Source: a virus. From it: 64,000 nt of DNA. The stretch spans positions 58,430 to 122,429 of IMG/VR virus record IMGVR_UViG_3300048999_000166. One strand, 5' to 3'. Below, one piece after another: positions 50,697-59,809 of this stretch; the first letter of the stretch is position 1; each line of letters starts with the position of its first letter. The position numbers were made by a program, and so were the translations under genes. Under the pieces are notes generated by a model. It made no database searches. It had not been told where the DNA came from and saw only the letters and a program-made list of their open reading frames with translations.

Positions 50697-51110
50697 ATGA
50701 ACCCTCGGCTCACCCAGTGTCGATCCGGGCACACCCGCCGCTCCGACAACACGCGGGTGTACGTCCACCCCAAGGACGGGTATACGCGCTTGATCTGCCG
50801 AGACTGCGAGACCCGGCGTACCCAGACCCACCGCGCCAAGATCGCACCGCGTACCGCCCTCGTCGGTGAGCACACCGGCCTCCCCACCTGGACGCAGGAG
50901 GCGGACGAGCTGCGCGAGAACCCGGGTGAGTGGCGGATGCTCACCGATCGTGAAACTAACAGCCGCGCCTACACGATGGCGAACCAGATCAATCGCGGTG
51001 TGCTGTTCTCCTTCCGGCCCGCCGGTGACTTCGAGGCGGAGCGCCGCGGCACGCAGGTGTGGGCGCGCTACCTCGGTGACGGTGAGCTGCCCGACGAGCC
51101 AGAGGACTAG
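50697..51110 (+). CDS. Zn-finger (C..GH..NT..CxxC) plus C-terminal domain protein
   Basis: QCRSGH...NT...ICRDC. Confidence 0.6.
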   Translation: MNPRLTQCRSGHTRRSDNTRVYVHPKDGYTRLICRDCETRRTQTHRAKIAPRTALVGEHTGLPTWTQEADELRENPGEWRMLTDRETNSRAYTMANQINRGVLFSFRPAGDFEAERRGTQVWARYLGDGELPDEPED

Positions 51111-51113
51111 ACC

Positions 51114-51713
51114 ATGTTCGAGCGCTTCACCGACCGCGCCCGGCGCGCCACCGTGCTGTCCCAGGAGGAGGCGCGCACCCTCAACCACAACTACCTCGGC
51201 ACCGAGCACATGCTGCTCGGACTGCTGCACGAGGGGGAGGGGATCGCGGCGCAGGCGCTGGTCTCGGTGGGTCTCACCCTGGAGAGCGCCCGCGAGGCGG
51301 TGACGGAGCTGGTCGGGTCGGGGTCGTCCCCCAGCTCCAGCCACATCCCCTATACGCCACGCTCGAAGAAGGTGCTGGAGCTGGCGCTGCGGGAGGCGCT
51401 GCAGCTCGGCCATAACTACATCGGAACCGAGCACCTGCTGCTCGCGCTGCTGCGCGAAGGGGAGGGGATGGGAGCGCAGGCGATCGCCAAGCTCGGCTCC
51501 GACCTGGGCGGCGTACGGAAGGCGGTGCTGGCCATCCTGCGCGAGAGGCCGCGGGTGTCGGTGACGCTCAACGCCACCGACCTGCGGGTCAGCTCCGTCG
51601 ACCCGGAGCTGAAGGCGATGCGGCTGATGCTCGAAGCGCTGGAGGCACTCACCCCGGCGGCCCGCGAGCGCGTCATCACGTGGGCGTGCGCGCGGCTGCA
51701 GGGAGAGAGCTAG
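51114..51713 (+). CDS. Stand-alone ClpC N-terminal (Clp repeat) domain protein
   Basis: MFERFTDRARR...QEEAR.LNHNYLGTEH.LLGL, IPYTPRSKKVLELALREALQLGHNYIGTEHLLL; no ATPase domains. Confidence 0.93.
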   Translation: MFERFTDRARRATVLSQEEARTLNHNYLGTEHMLLGLLHEGEGIAAQALVSVGLTLESAREAVTELVGSGSSPSSSHIPYTPRSKKVLELALREALQLGHNYIGTEHLLLALLREGEGMGAQAIAKLGSDLGGVRKAVLAILRERPRVSVTLNATDLRVSSVDPELKAMRLMLEALEALTPAARERVITWACARLQGES

Positions 51714-52583
51714 TCAGTCTCTCAGCTCCTCCAGCACGTCGCGATCGGCGTCCTCCTGCGTGATCTGCGCCTCGTAGGCGGGCTCGTCCCAGAAGATCCC
51801 GATCGCGTCGACGAACAGCTGCTGCAGGTCGACCGGGTCGAGCGCGTCGAGTTCCACCTGCACTGGCACGCGTTTGCCGCCGATGTGCCCGAAGTCGTGC
51901 GCCGCATGGATCTCCGGGTGGCGTGCGATGAAGCCGGGCGCCCGGCTGTCGGTGACCTTCCCGGCCTGCACTACGAGATCGTGCGCCTCGATCAGCTCCT
52001 CGCTCAGCCCGATTCGGATCGCCTCGTCCCAGCAGCCGGTGGTCTCGATGAACGAGCGTCCGATGTCCATCCCGGACGCATCGAAGTCTCCGGCGTAGAT
52101 CAACACGGCCTTGCGTCCATCGTCTCGGATCTCCCTCAGCACATCGCGCTCCAGCGACTCCGAGGAGTAGCCGCCCAGCGGCAGCACTGGCACCCCGAGA
52201 TCTCGGAACCACTCCTGCATCAGGCCCGCGAGCGCGTTCTTCTCCACACCCAACCACAGGCTCACCGGCTGGGTGGCCGCTCGATCGACGCGGTAGCTCC
52301 GCGCGACCCAGTCGATGGCGTCGGCCGGACTAGTCCACGCCAGCGGCTTGCGGATCGATCGACCGGCATCGAACAACGCCGGAAACTCACCGCGCCGCCT
52401 TGGCTTGGCGGTCTTCGCGGACAGCGTCTTGTAGGCCTGCTGGGTGTTGGGGATCAGCTGTTCGACGACGAGTCGGTAGAACAGCTGCCGCAAGGTGATC
52501 GGGATGTCGTAGGAGTCCACGATCTCCGCCGCTCGCGCGATGATCGGTGGCCAGTTCAGGAGTGGACTAGTCCGCGTTGTCAT
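51714..52583 (-). CDS. Top6A/Spo11-like TOPRIM-domain protein
   Basis: TLRQLFYRL (winged helix with Tyr), VEKNAL, GGYSS, YAGDFDASG.DI, VELDALDP..L. Confidence 0.7.
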   Translation of the reverse strand: MTTRTSPLLNWPPIIARAAEIVDSYDIPITLRQLFYRLVVEQLIPNTQQAYKTLSAKTAKPRRRGEFPALFDAGRSIRKPLAWTSPADAIDWVARSYRVDRAATQPVSLWLGVEKNALAGLMQEWFRDLGVPVLPLGGYSSESLERDVLREIRDDGRKAVLIYAGDFDASGMDIGRSFIETTGCWDEAIRIGLSEELIEAHDLVVQAGKVTDSRAPGFIARHPEIHAAHDFGHIGGKRVPVQVELDALDPVDLQQLFVDAIGIFWDEPAYEAQITQEDADRDVLEELRD

Positions 52584-52748
52584 GCCGCCAGTATGCGCTA
52601 GGTGACTGGCTGGCCGCCAGTACCCGTTCTCTATCTAGCCTGGTGTGCGATCTGGAAGACTGCCTTGCGAAATACGGAGATATTCTGCTACCTTGTGTTG
52701 ACGCCCAGGAAAGTAGACGGGCTACACACACACAAAGGAGCAAGTTCA

Positions 52749-53732
52749 GTGGCTACACACATCACCGACCACAACAAGCTGCCCGACGAGGCTCGCCAGA
52801 CCGCCAACCTGATCAAGCGTCTCGGTTTCGACTGGGCGCTCGACCAGCGCTACCCCACCCCCGACGTCAGCAAGCGCGTCCAGGTCAGGCAGATCGCGCA
52901 CTACGCGCCGCCCGCGGAAGTCACGAAGTACGCGGCCGCGATGGCCCGCAACGACGCCTTCCCGCCCATCGTCGTGACCAAGGACGGATACCTGCTCGAC
53001 GGCAACACCCGCGCGGAGGCCGCCCGGCGCAACAAGTACCCGACGCTGCCGGCCTTCATCCTGGACAGGGAGTACGAGGGCGCCAACGACGCGGTACTGC
53101 GTCGGATGCACCTGCTCGGGGCGGGCTTCAACGTCCGCAACGGTCGCGGCATCGACCGGGCCGAGCAGATGAGCGCGGTTCTCGCGGTGGGCACCGGCAC
53201 CGACTACGACGCGAGCCGCATCGCGGCCCTGCTCGGGGTGTCGGCGGGCTTCGTCAACGGTGTGCTGTCCGAGCAGAAGGCCCGTGAACGCGCGGAGCGC
53301 ATCGGGGTGCACGTCAACGGTTCGGTGCCGTCGAGTCAGCTGCGTCGCCTGGGCCAGTCCGGGCTCAACGATGAGCCGTTCGTGGCCCTGCTCAAGCTCG
53401 CCCAGGATGCGGGACTCTCGGTCGGGGAGATCAACGAACTGATCAAGAAGGTCAAGGACGCCGGCAGCGACGCCGCCGCCCTTGAGCTGCTCTCGAAGGT
53501 CCGCGACGACCGCAAGGAGCAGATCGCGGAGTACTCCGCGATCGGTAAGTCACGTCCGGCGCACAGCTCGCAGCTGCGCCAGCGGCTTGGCTTCGTGCTG
53601 GGCTACGAGGACAATGCACGCGCCCTGGTGGAGCTGAACCCCACCCTGGCCGACACCCACACCGATGTGCTGACCCGGGCGATCGCGGTACTGACCGCCG
53701 CGCGGGCCTTCCAGGAAGAGAAGAAGGACTGA
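52749..53732 (+). CDS. ParB/Srx N-terminal domain protein
   Basis: FPPIVV, LLDGNTR..AA, N..NG; HTH-like IAALLGVS; RBS AAAGGAG. Confidence 0.8.
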   Translation: MATHITDHNKLPDEARQTANLIKRLGFDWALDQRYPTPDVSKRVQVRQIAHYAPPAEVTKYAAAMARNDAFPPIVVTKDGYLLDGNTRAEAARRNKYPTLPAFILDREYEGANDAVLRRMHLLGAGFNVRNGRGIDRAEQMSAVLAVGTGTDYDASRIAALLGVSAGFVNGVLSEQKARERAERIGVHVNGSVPSSQLRRLGQSGLNDEPFVALLKLAQDAGLSVGEINELIKKVKDAGSDAAALELLSKVRDDRKEQIAEYSAIGKSRPAHSSQLRQRLGFVLGYEDNARALVELNPTLADTHTDVLTRAIAVLTAARAFQEEKKD

Positions 53733-53734
53733 CC

Positions 53735-55258
53735 ATGGCACAGCCCACCATCGCGGCCGCCCGGGTTAGCCGACTCACCGGACGCGGTCGTAATGACGAC
53801 CGCGGTGGTGGGCTGGCCCTGGTTGAGCTGTTCGAACCCATCCTGCGCACCCTCCACGAGAAGGGTGACGCCTCCGAGGAGACCCTCATCGCGGCTGTTC
53901 GCTCCGGGCAGCTCGGTCAGAAGACCGCCCGGCTGCAGGCCATCTACGACAGCGCGAACCCCTGGTCGGCGTTCATCACCGACGCGCTGGAGCAGCTCAT
54001 CGCCCGGGGATTTGTGACCGCGTACGCCTCCGGGCGCTACGCGGTCACCCCGAAGTTCTCCCCCGGCAAGGCGCTGACCGTGATCACCGCCGGTGGCGGA
54101 CAGCAGCCGGTCCGAGTCACCGTCCACACCGACGAGCAGCGCGCTGAGCGTGCCGGTGAAGCGACCTCGATGTACATCACGGAGCTGGCCAGCGAGCTGG
54201 ACGCGCGCCGCGGCGGCATCCGCCCGCTCGATCTGCGGCGCGTCGAGGAGCTGACCGCCTCGATGGACGCGTTCGGGTTCCGCAAGGAGTCGATCTTCAA
54301 CATCCTCAAGGACCAGCACGGGCGCGTACTCGATGGCCGCCACCGAATCGCCGCGGCGGAGAAGCTCGGCATCGAGTGGGACAACAAGCTCTACGTGCAG
54401 ACGGTCAAGGTCGCCGATGACCGGGAGGCGCTCGCGCTGACCTGGACGGCCAACGTCGGGCAGGCGGGCTGGACAAAGTCTGATCTTGATCGCATCACCC
54501 GCGCGCTCGGCGGAGAGTCTCCGGCGACGGTGCTCGGCATCAGGGTGCAGATCCGCAACCTGCTGCTCGACCGACTCGGTCGCGTGTCCGACCGTGAGGT
54601 CGCTCGGCTCGTCGGGTGCTCGGCCACCACGGTCGGGGCCTACCGCTCCGAGATGGAGGTGGCCGGCGACCTCGTCCCGTATGACCCAGAGGGGGAGAAG
54701 CGAGCCGCCATCCGCGCTGAGATCGAACGCGACCCAGAGGCGAGTGACTACTCGATCGGGAAGACGTTGGACGTCTCGCAGAACACGGTGAAGGCGGTTC
54801 GAGTACTTCAAGCTGTCCAGTCTGGACAGACTGAAGTACTCGAACCGGAGTCCGCCTCCGTGCCCGAGCCCGCCGCGCCCGCGAAGCCGTGGTCGAAGGC
54901 GCAGCTGATCGACAGAGAGTTGCTCGCGGACCCGGACCGCTCCGACAAGGAGATCGCGGCTCACCTGGGCTTCGAGGGCCCGAGGGCCAGCAGCTCGGTG
55001 TGGCGTCGGCGCAAGAAGCTCGAAGGCCAAGACCCGTACAACGGCTCGATCGAGGGCCCCAGGCCGAAGCCTGAGCCCGTCAAGGAGGTGTCGGCACCCG
55101 AACCTACCCCGGCCTCTCCGGACTCGCTGGAGCTGGCCTGGACCGAGGACGCGCGCGTGCTGGCCGCGCAGCTCTCGGCGTGGATGACGAACGAGAACGT
55201 GCTGCTAGAGCTGGGTACGCGTCTCGTCACCACCGCCCGACGGAGGGGCGCGAGCTGA
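53735..55258 (+). CDS. ParB/Srx domain protein with three C-terminal HTH-like repeats
   Basis: VEEL..SM..FG, VLDGRHRI.AA..LG; repeats SDREVARLVGCS..TV, SDYSIGKTLDVS..TV, SDKEIAAHLG. Confidence 0.8.
   Translation: MAQPTIAAARVSRLTGRGRNDDRGGGLALVELFEPILRTLHEKGDASEETLIAAVRSGQLGQKTARLQAIYDSANPWSAFITDALEQLIARGFVTAYASGRYAVTPKFSPGKALTVITAGGGQQPVRVTVHTDEQRAERAGEATSMYITELASELDARRGGIRPLDLRRVEELTASMDAFGFRKESIFNILKDQHGRVLDGRHRIAAAEKLGIEWDNKLYVQTVKVADDREALALTWTANVGQAGWTKSDLDRITRALGGESPATVLGIRVQIRNLLLDRLGRVSDREVARLVGCSATTVGAYRSEMEVAGDLVPYDPEGEKRAAIRAEIERDPEASDYSIGKTLDVSQNTVKAVRVLQAVQSGQTEVLEPESASVPEPAAPAKPWSKAQLIDRELLADPDRSDKEIAAHLGFEGPRASSSVWRRRKKLEGQDPYNGSIEGPRPKPEPVKEVSAPEPTPASPDSLELAWTEDARVLAAQLSAWMTNENVLLELGTRLVTTARRRGAS
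54801..54841. promoter_or_regulatory. 41-bp palindrome inside the ParB-like gene (operator/parS-like site), copy 2
   Basis: GAGTACTTCA-AG-CTGTCCAG-T-CTGGACAG-AC-TGAAGTACTC; matches 35989-36027. Confidence 0.65.
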
Positions 55259-55321
55259 ACGAGCGGGGGAGCGTTAAGATCGGCGTGAAGTTGCCGCATC
55301 TCAAGCGCTCCCCCGCTCGTT
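55258..55321 (+). terminator. Long hairpin directly after the ParB-like pair
   Basis: 16-bp perfect stem AACGAGCGGGGGAGCG/CGCTCCCCCGCTCGTT. Confidence 0.65.
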
Positions 55322-55354
55322 TGAGCATGTAAGTCCCCAGCCTCGGAGTTCCCT

Positions 55355-55600
55355 ATGTCAGCAGTTCCCCCGCTCCCCGCGCACCTGCTCTACCAGGCCG
55401 ATCAAGCCCGCGCTCTCGTGGACGACTCCGTCTCCCGGATGCTCGCCGAGATGCGCGAAGACCTCACCCGCCTCGACCCAACCACCCTGTGGTGGGCGAT
55501 GGCGCACACCTGGTCGCACAACAACAGCAAGCACGAGCTGGCCACCGCGTTGGCCGCGGCGATGATGCGCCTCGCCCAGCAGCAGCCGCGGGAGAACTAG
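55355..55600 (+). CDS. Hypothetical protein
   Basis: RBS GGAG. Confidence 0.55.
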   Translation: MSAVPPLPAHLLYQADQARALVDDSVSRMLAEMREDLTRLDPTTLWWAMAHTWSHNNSKHELATALAAAMMRLAQQQPREN

Positions 55601-55683
55601 GTGCGCGCTCCGTGCGAGTGCGCGACGCTGTGCGATGGCTGTCGCGCTGACCTAGAAGACCTCAAGAGCAAGGAGGACTGACC

Positions 55684-55974
55684 ATGCCCGCGGATCTTGG
55701 ACCTTACCTACAGCCTTTCGGCATGCGATTCGACGCCGGGAGGTACCTCGAACAGTTCGAACGCATCGTCTGGACGGCGCACCGCAACGAGCGCAACCAG
55801 CTCGTGCTGACCGGCGCGCCCACCTACCCGGGCAAGTACGTGATCGCCAGGATCCCGGACGCTCCGAGAAACCCTCCCGCGCCCACCGCTGACACTCCCC
55901 CGACGGTCACGGTCGATGTCCGGCACTCCACGGACGGCACGAACTGGACCGACCTCATCACCTTCGCGGAGTGA
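55684..55974 (+). CDS. Hypothetical protein
   Basis: RBS GGAGG. Confidence 0.55.
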   Translation: MPADLGPYLQPFGMRFDAGRYLEQFERIVWTAHRNERNQLVLTGAPTYPGKYVIARIPDAPRNPPAPTADTPPTVTVDVRHSTDGTNWTDLITFAE

Positions 55975-55977
55975 GAC

Positions 55978-56241
55978 GTGGACCGCGAGGAGATGAGACC
56001 GCGCTCCGACGATGAGATGTCGCACGACGACGAGGAGTGGTCGAAGGCTGGGCGCTCCCCGGAGTTCGCGCGCATCTCGCTGATCAACCAGACCTATAAG
56101 GCCGGGTTCAAGACCATCGAGGAGTGGTTGGCGAGCCTGCCTGAGGAGCGTCAGTCCAAGTGGCGCAAGGTCTACGAGACCCCGCTGCCCAAGCGACGCG
56201 GTCGCCCACGCAAACCGAAGCGAGAGGACCGACCGTGGTGA
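55978..56241 (+). CDS. Hypothetical protein with AT-hook-like KRRGRPRK
   Basis: Basic C-terminus. Confidence 0.5.
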   Translation: MDREEMRPRSDDEMSHDDEEWSKAGRSPEFARISLINQTYKAGFKTIEEWLASLPEERQSKWRKVYETPLPKRRGRPRKPKREDRPW

Positions 56242-56519
56242 ACCCCTGGCCCGGCTATCTGTTCACCCGCGCGGACTGCCCGGAGATCCACCGAGGTCCG
56301 GAGGGCCCCAACGAGGACTTCGGGGCGTGCCCGCAGTGCGGCTCGATCAGCTGGGAGCTACGACCGGAGGGCCAGACCTACGGCCACCACCTGCCCGACT
56401 GCTCGCTGCCCAGCCGGCACGAGCGCTACTGCGTGGGCGGCGGCAGTGGTCACGCCCCGGCCGCGCTCATCCGCGGCTACTGGCCCGGCGACCACGCGGC
56501 GCTCGATGACAGTCTCTAG
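56235..56519 (+). CDS. Cys/His-rich hypothetical protein
   Basis: Coupled ORF. Confidence 0.5.
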   Translation: MVNPWPGYLFTRADCPEIHRGPEGPNEDFGACPQCGSISWELRPEGQTYGHHLPDCSLPSRHERYCVGGGSGHAPAALIRGYWPGDHAALDDSL

Positions 56520-56889
56520 CGCCAACCGGGCCACCCGCGAGCTGCACATGGCGCTCGCTATGGCGGCGCTGCGCGGCGAGATCACCGACTTCCGCTCCCG
56601 CGCCAGCGAGGGCTACGTGCAGACGTTGGTCTACATCCCGGACGCGACCGACCTGGAGACACTCGCGCACGTCAAGGAGGTCTGCCTGACCGCCTTCGAC
56701 GACATCTTCCGGACCTACGAGATCCACCCTGATACCCGACGGCCGTGGACAAATTACAACCGCAAGCTCGGGTTCGCGTTCGAGCGGCCGCTGACCGGAT
56801 GGTCGATCTGCGAGGACGGTCCCTGCTCCAGCTGTCCGCACCACCCAGACCACTGGGACGTATCGAGGAGGACAGACAAGGGGGAATAG
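56506..56889 (+). CDS. Hypothetical protein
   Basis: Coupled ORF. Confidence 0.55.
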   Translation: MTVSSANRATRELHMALAMAALRGEITDFRSRASEGYVQTLVYIPDATDLETLAHVKEVCLTAFDDIFRTYEIHPDTRRPWTNYNRKLGFAFERPLTGWSICEDGPCSSCPHHPDHWDVSRRTDKGE

Positions 56890-56891
56890 CG

Positions 56892-57137
56892 ATGACCCAC
56901 GAGTTCCACCGACCGAAGTGGCACCCGAGTTCCGAGCAGCGCTGGGAGCGCTGCCCGCTGTGCGGTAAGCGCGGCTACCCGAACCGTGCGGTGGCACGCG
57001 AGCGGCGGCGCGCGCAGATCAGGCAGTACGGAGAAAAGATCAGCGACCTGTCCGTCTACAAGTGCGACTCCGGGATGTTCCACCTCGGGCACCCGCCCGG
57101 CCACCACTACGTGAAGGAGAACCTCGATGCCGGATGA
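56892..57137 (+). CDS. Conserved actinophage Zn-binding protein
   Basis: C..CGKRGY...A, VYKC..G.FHLGH. Confidence 0.65.
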   Translation: MTHEFHRPKWHPSSEQRWERCPLCGKRGYPNRAVARERRRAQIRQYGEKISDLSVYKCDSGMFHLGHPPGHHYVKENLDAG

Positions 57138-57324
57138 ACTGTTCACCTGCCCGACCTGCCAGTGCCCCGGCTACGTCCACAAGATCGATGGGATGCGTGC
57201 CCTCATCGCGCACCCGGGACGGCACTACCCGTGCCGGGTGGAACCGGAGAACTACACCTCGGACATCACGCTGGTGGCGTCCGACGAGCTGACGCGCCTC
57301 GACCAGGAAATGGAGCTGAGCTGA
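57127..57324 (+). CDS. Small Zn-finger-like protein
   Basis: CPTC...H..R..PC. Confidence 0.55.
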   Translation: MPDELFTCPTCQCPGYVHKIDGMRALIAHPGRHYPCRVEPENYTSDITLVASDELTRLDQEMELS

Positions 57325-57508
57325 CCTGGGCACCGCCGCCCTTGGAGCCGTGCGAGAACTGCGGCGCGAAGGTGGCCGTGTACCCGTGGGGGTTCGAGCA
57401 GGAGAAGACACTGTGTGAGTTCGACATCCACGAAGCGTGGGATCAGTTGTTCGCCAGTTGGGGTGAGCACACCCCCGAGCAATGCCGGAACCGACGAAGG
57501 GAACGAGC

Positions 57509-57718
57509 ATGACCACGCAAGAGATCATCGCCGAGCAGCTGTCGGAGATCTACGGGTTCTCCCTGGAGCAGGTGCAGGGCAGCGCGACCCTGATCGCGGA
57601 GGCGCTGAACAGCCACACGATCGATACCGTCAACCTGTCTGGACGAGAGGCGCGCGCGGACTGGCAGCGCCTGCGCGAGCTGCAGCAGGAGGCGCAGGCC
57701 GCGCTGGAGAGCGAGTGA
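57509..57718 (+). CDS. Hypothetical protein
   Basis: RBS AAGGGA. Confidence 0.55.
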   Translation: MTTQEIIAEQLSEIYGFSLEQVQGSATLIAEALNSHTIDTVNLSGREARADWQRLRELQQEAQAALESE

Positions 57719-58152
57719 GCGCCCCACTCCCTCTCGTGCTGTCTGAGCGCGACGTGATCCGGTTTGTCTCCAAGGTCGACGCGCCGAATGAGAATGGCTG
57801 CCGACTGTGGAATCACAGCCTGGACACCAGTGGCTACGGCCAGTTTCACCTAGCTCGCCGAACCGTTAAGTCGCACCTGGTCGCGTGGGCACTGGAGCGC
57901 GGGTCGTTCCCCTCGGGCCTGGAGCCTGACCACACGTGCAACGTGCGCAGCTGTACAGCGGTCGAGCACCTGGAATGGGTCACGCACCGAGAGAACAATC
58001 GGCGCATCGCGGAACGCTCGACCCACTGCCGCCGCGGAGAGCACGCTTGGTCAGAACCCGGCGTCGCTATCGTGCGCCCGAACGGTCGTGAATGCCGGCC
58101 CTGTCGCCTCGCTAGACGGCGCCGACGCTATGCAGAGACAGGAAGGGCCTGA
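57715..58152 (+). CDS. HNH endonuclease with C-terminal Zn finger
   Basis: GC.LW, GYGQF, H.VAW, DHTC.VR.C....HLE.VT..EN, THCRRG.H..CRPC; lower GC3. Confidence 0.85.
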   Translation: MSAPLPLVLSERDVIRFVSKVDAPNENGCRLWNHSLDTSGYGQFHLARRTVKSHLVAWALERGSFPSGLEPDHTCNVRSCTAVEHLEWVTHRENNRRIAERSTHCRRGEHAWSEPGVAIVRPNGRECRPCRLARRRRRYAETGRA

Positions 58153-58406
58153 TGACCACCCCTTCGGTAGGGCGGATTTGTCATTACGTGAGCTACGGGA
58201 CGCCCGTGCAGCCAGGTGGCTCGCAGGCCTTCACCAGCGAGTGCCGAGCGGCGGTCATCACCGAGGTCGGGGAGGAGACCGGCTTCGGGGTGCTGGTCGG
58301 GCTCGCGGTGCTCAACCCGACCGGCATGTTCTTCAACCGCGGCGTCGAGCAGGACGAGGAGTCGAAGGCCGGCGGGACCTGGCACTGGCCGGAGCGGATC
58401 GACTAG
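58152..58406 (+). CDS. Conserved phage hypothetical protein
   Basis: PSVGRI.HY, RAAVITEV, GL.V.NP.G.FF, GTWHWPER. Confidence 0.7.
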   Translation: MTTPSVGRICHYVSYGTPVQPGGSQAFTSECRAAVITEVGEETGFGVLVGLAVLNPTGMFFNRGVEQDEESKAGGTWHWPERID

Positions 58407-58855
58407 TGGTGAAGAAGCCGAAGCGGCTCACACTCCCGATCAACATCGACTACGAGTACACCAGCCCCGATGGCGCCCACGTCGTGGTGAACATGGTGGG
58501 CGCGACGCCCGAGCAGGCGGCGGTGGTGACCTGGCTGCGCGCGGAGGAGGCCTGGCGTAGCAAGCAGGACTGGAAGAACCGCGAGCGCGAGCGGAAGCTC
58601 AAGGAGAAGCAGGCGAAGGCCGAACTCAAGCTCAAAATCAAGCGCGCCGAGGCCCAGCACAAGGTGCTGATCGAGCAGGCCACGGGCTTCCGGCGCTCGG
58701 TGCTGGAACGCCACGCTCCGCAGGAGTCCTACGGCTACGACCGTGGACTGAAATGCTCCTACTGCGATGACGGGAGCCGCTACGAGCCCGAGCGGATGCC
58801 CTTCCCGTGCGCGGAGTACCAGTTCGCCCGCGAGTGGGAAGAGGAGAACCCATGA
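58406..58855 (+). CDS. Coiled-coil protein with H..CxxC..PC motif
   Basis: GC3-rich. Confidence 0.6.
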   Translation: MVKKPKRLTLPINIDYEYTSPDGAHVVVNMVGATPEQAAVVTWLRAEEAWRSKQDWKNRERERKLKEKQAKAELKLKIKRAEAQHKVLIEQATGFRRSVLERHAPQESYGYDRGLKCSYCDDGSRYEPERMPFPCAEYQFAREWEEENP

Positions 58856-58934
58856 TCGGGTGCGTAGGTGTGCTCCGCGCGATTGTGCGCCCCCGCGACC
58901 TATATTGCATCGTTAGCTGTACGAACCAATTGGA

Positions 58935-59228
58935 TTGGTGATGGTCAGTAGATTCCGCATCACGTGGCCGCTGCTCGCTCGCTGGGGACTGGCGGTCATG
59001 ATCACCGCGTGTGCGTTGGTCGCGTTCGTCTACCTGTTCACCGACAACAGCTCGTTGGCCCGCTTCTGGACGCTGACCGCGATCGTGCTGTTGGCGCTGC
59101 GGCAGCTGCTGGTGAACAGCGACAACCTCGCGGGGCTGCACGCCCGCCTCGACACCCTCGACCGCGGGCAGGGGCAGCTGACCGAGCTATACCGACGGCG
59201 TGCCTGGGGAGAGAGGCACGAGGAGTGA
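58935..59228 (+). CDS. Two-TM membrane protein
   Basis: Hydrophobic plus coiled coil. Confidence 0.55.
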   Translation: MVMVSRFRITWPLLARWGLAVMITACALVAFVYLFTDNSSLARFWTLTAIVLLALRQLLVNSDNLAGLHARLDTLDRGQGQLTELYRRRAWGERHEE

Positions 59229-59283
59229 TCTAGTACTGTCCAGACAGATCCCCCGTTCACTAAATTAGGAGCAACCAACGATC

Positions 59284-59775
59284 ATGAGTAGTGGATTCTT
59301 CTCCACCCGCGGACGGGCCTTGAAGTTCCCGGCGGTCGGCACCTCGCACGTGCTGCACATCAGCCAGCCCACCGAGGAAGAGCAGCAGGTCGAGGACGGC
59401 AAGTTGCTGTGGTGGGACGCCAACCAGACGCGCCCCCGGATGCAGGCGATCGTGTCCGGCTACGTCGAGCTGCCGGATGGGATGACCAGCGACGATGACG
59501 GGTTCCGGTCGCTCTACGTGCGAGCTGGCATCCAGCGCGCGCTCGGCGTCGCCTGCCGCAAGGCGGGCGTGCGCGAGCCCGGCTTCGGGATGATCCTGAC
59601 CGTCACCTACACCCACGATGGCCGCCAGCCCGACCCCGCCAAGAAGCCTCCGAAGGAGTATTCGGCGACGCTGGAGGTGGTCGCGGGCGCCGAGGATGAC
59701 CCTCGATTTCAAGCCCCCGCCGGACGGTCGTTTCCGGCGACGAGAGGCATAGTCACCGACCGGTCCGGCCGCTAG
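59284..59775 (+). CDS. Putative ssDNA-binding (OB-fold) protein, actinophage type
   Basis: KF...G, PRMQ.IV, DDG.R.LYV, AL..A...AG, LTVTY..DG, PPKEY.A; RBS AGGAG. Confidence 0.6.
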   Translation: MSSGFFSTRGRALKFPAVGTSHVLHISQPTEEEQQVEDGKLLWWDANQTRPRMQAIVSGYVELPDGMTSDDDGFRSLYVRAGIQRALGVACRKAGVREPGFGMILTVTYTHDGRQPDPAKKPPKEYSATLEVVAGAEDDPRFQAPAGRSFPATRGIVTDRSGR

Positions 59776-59809
59776 TATTCGTTTCACCACGCGCTCGACT
59801 CACTAGATC

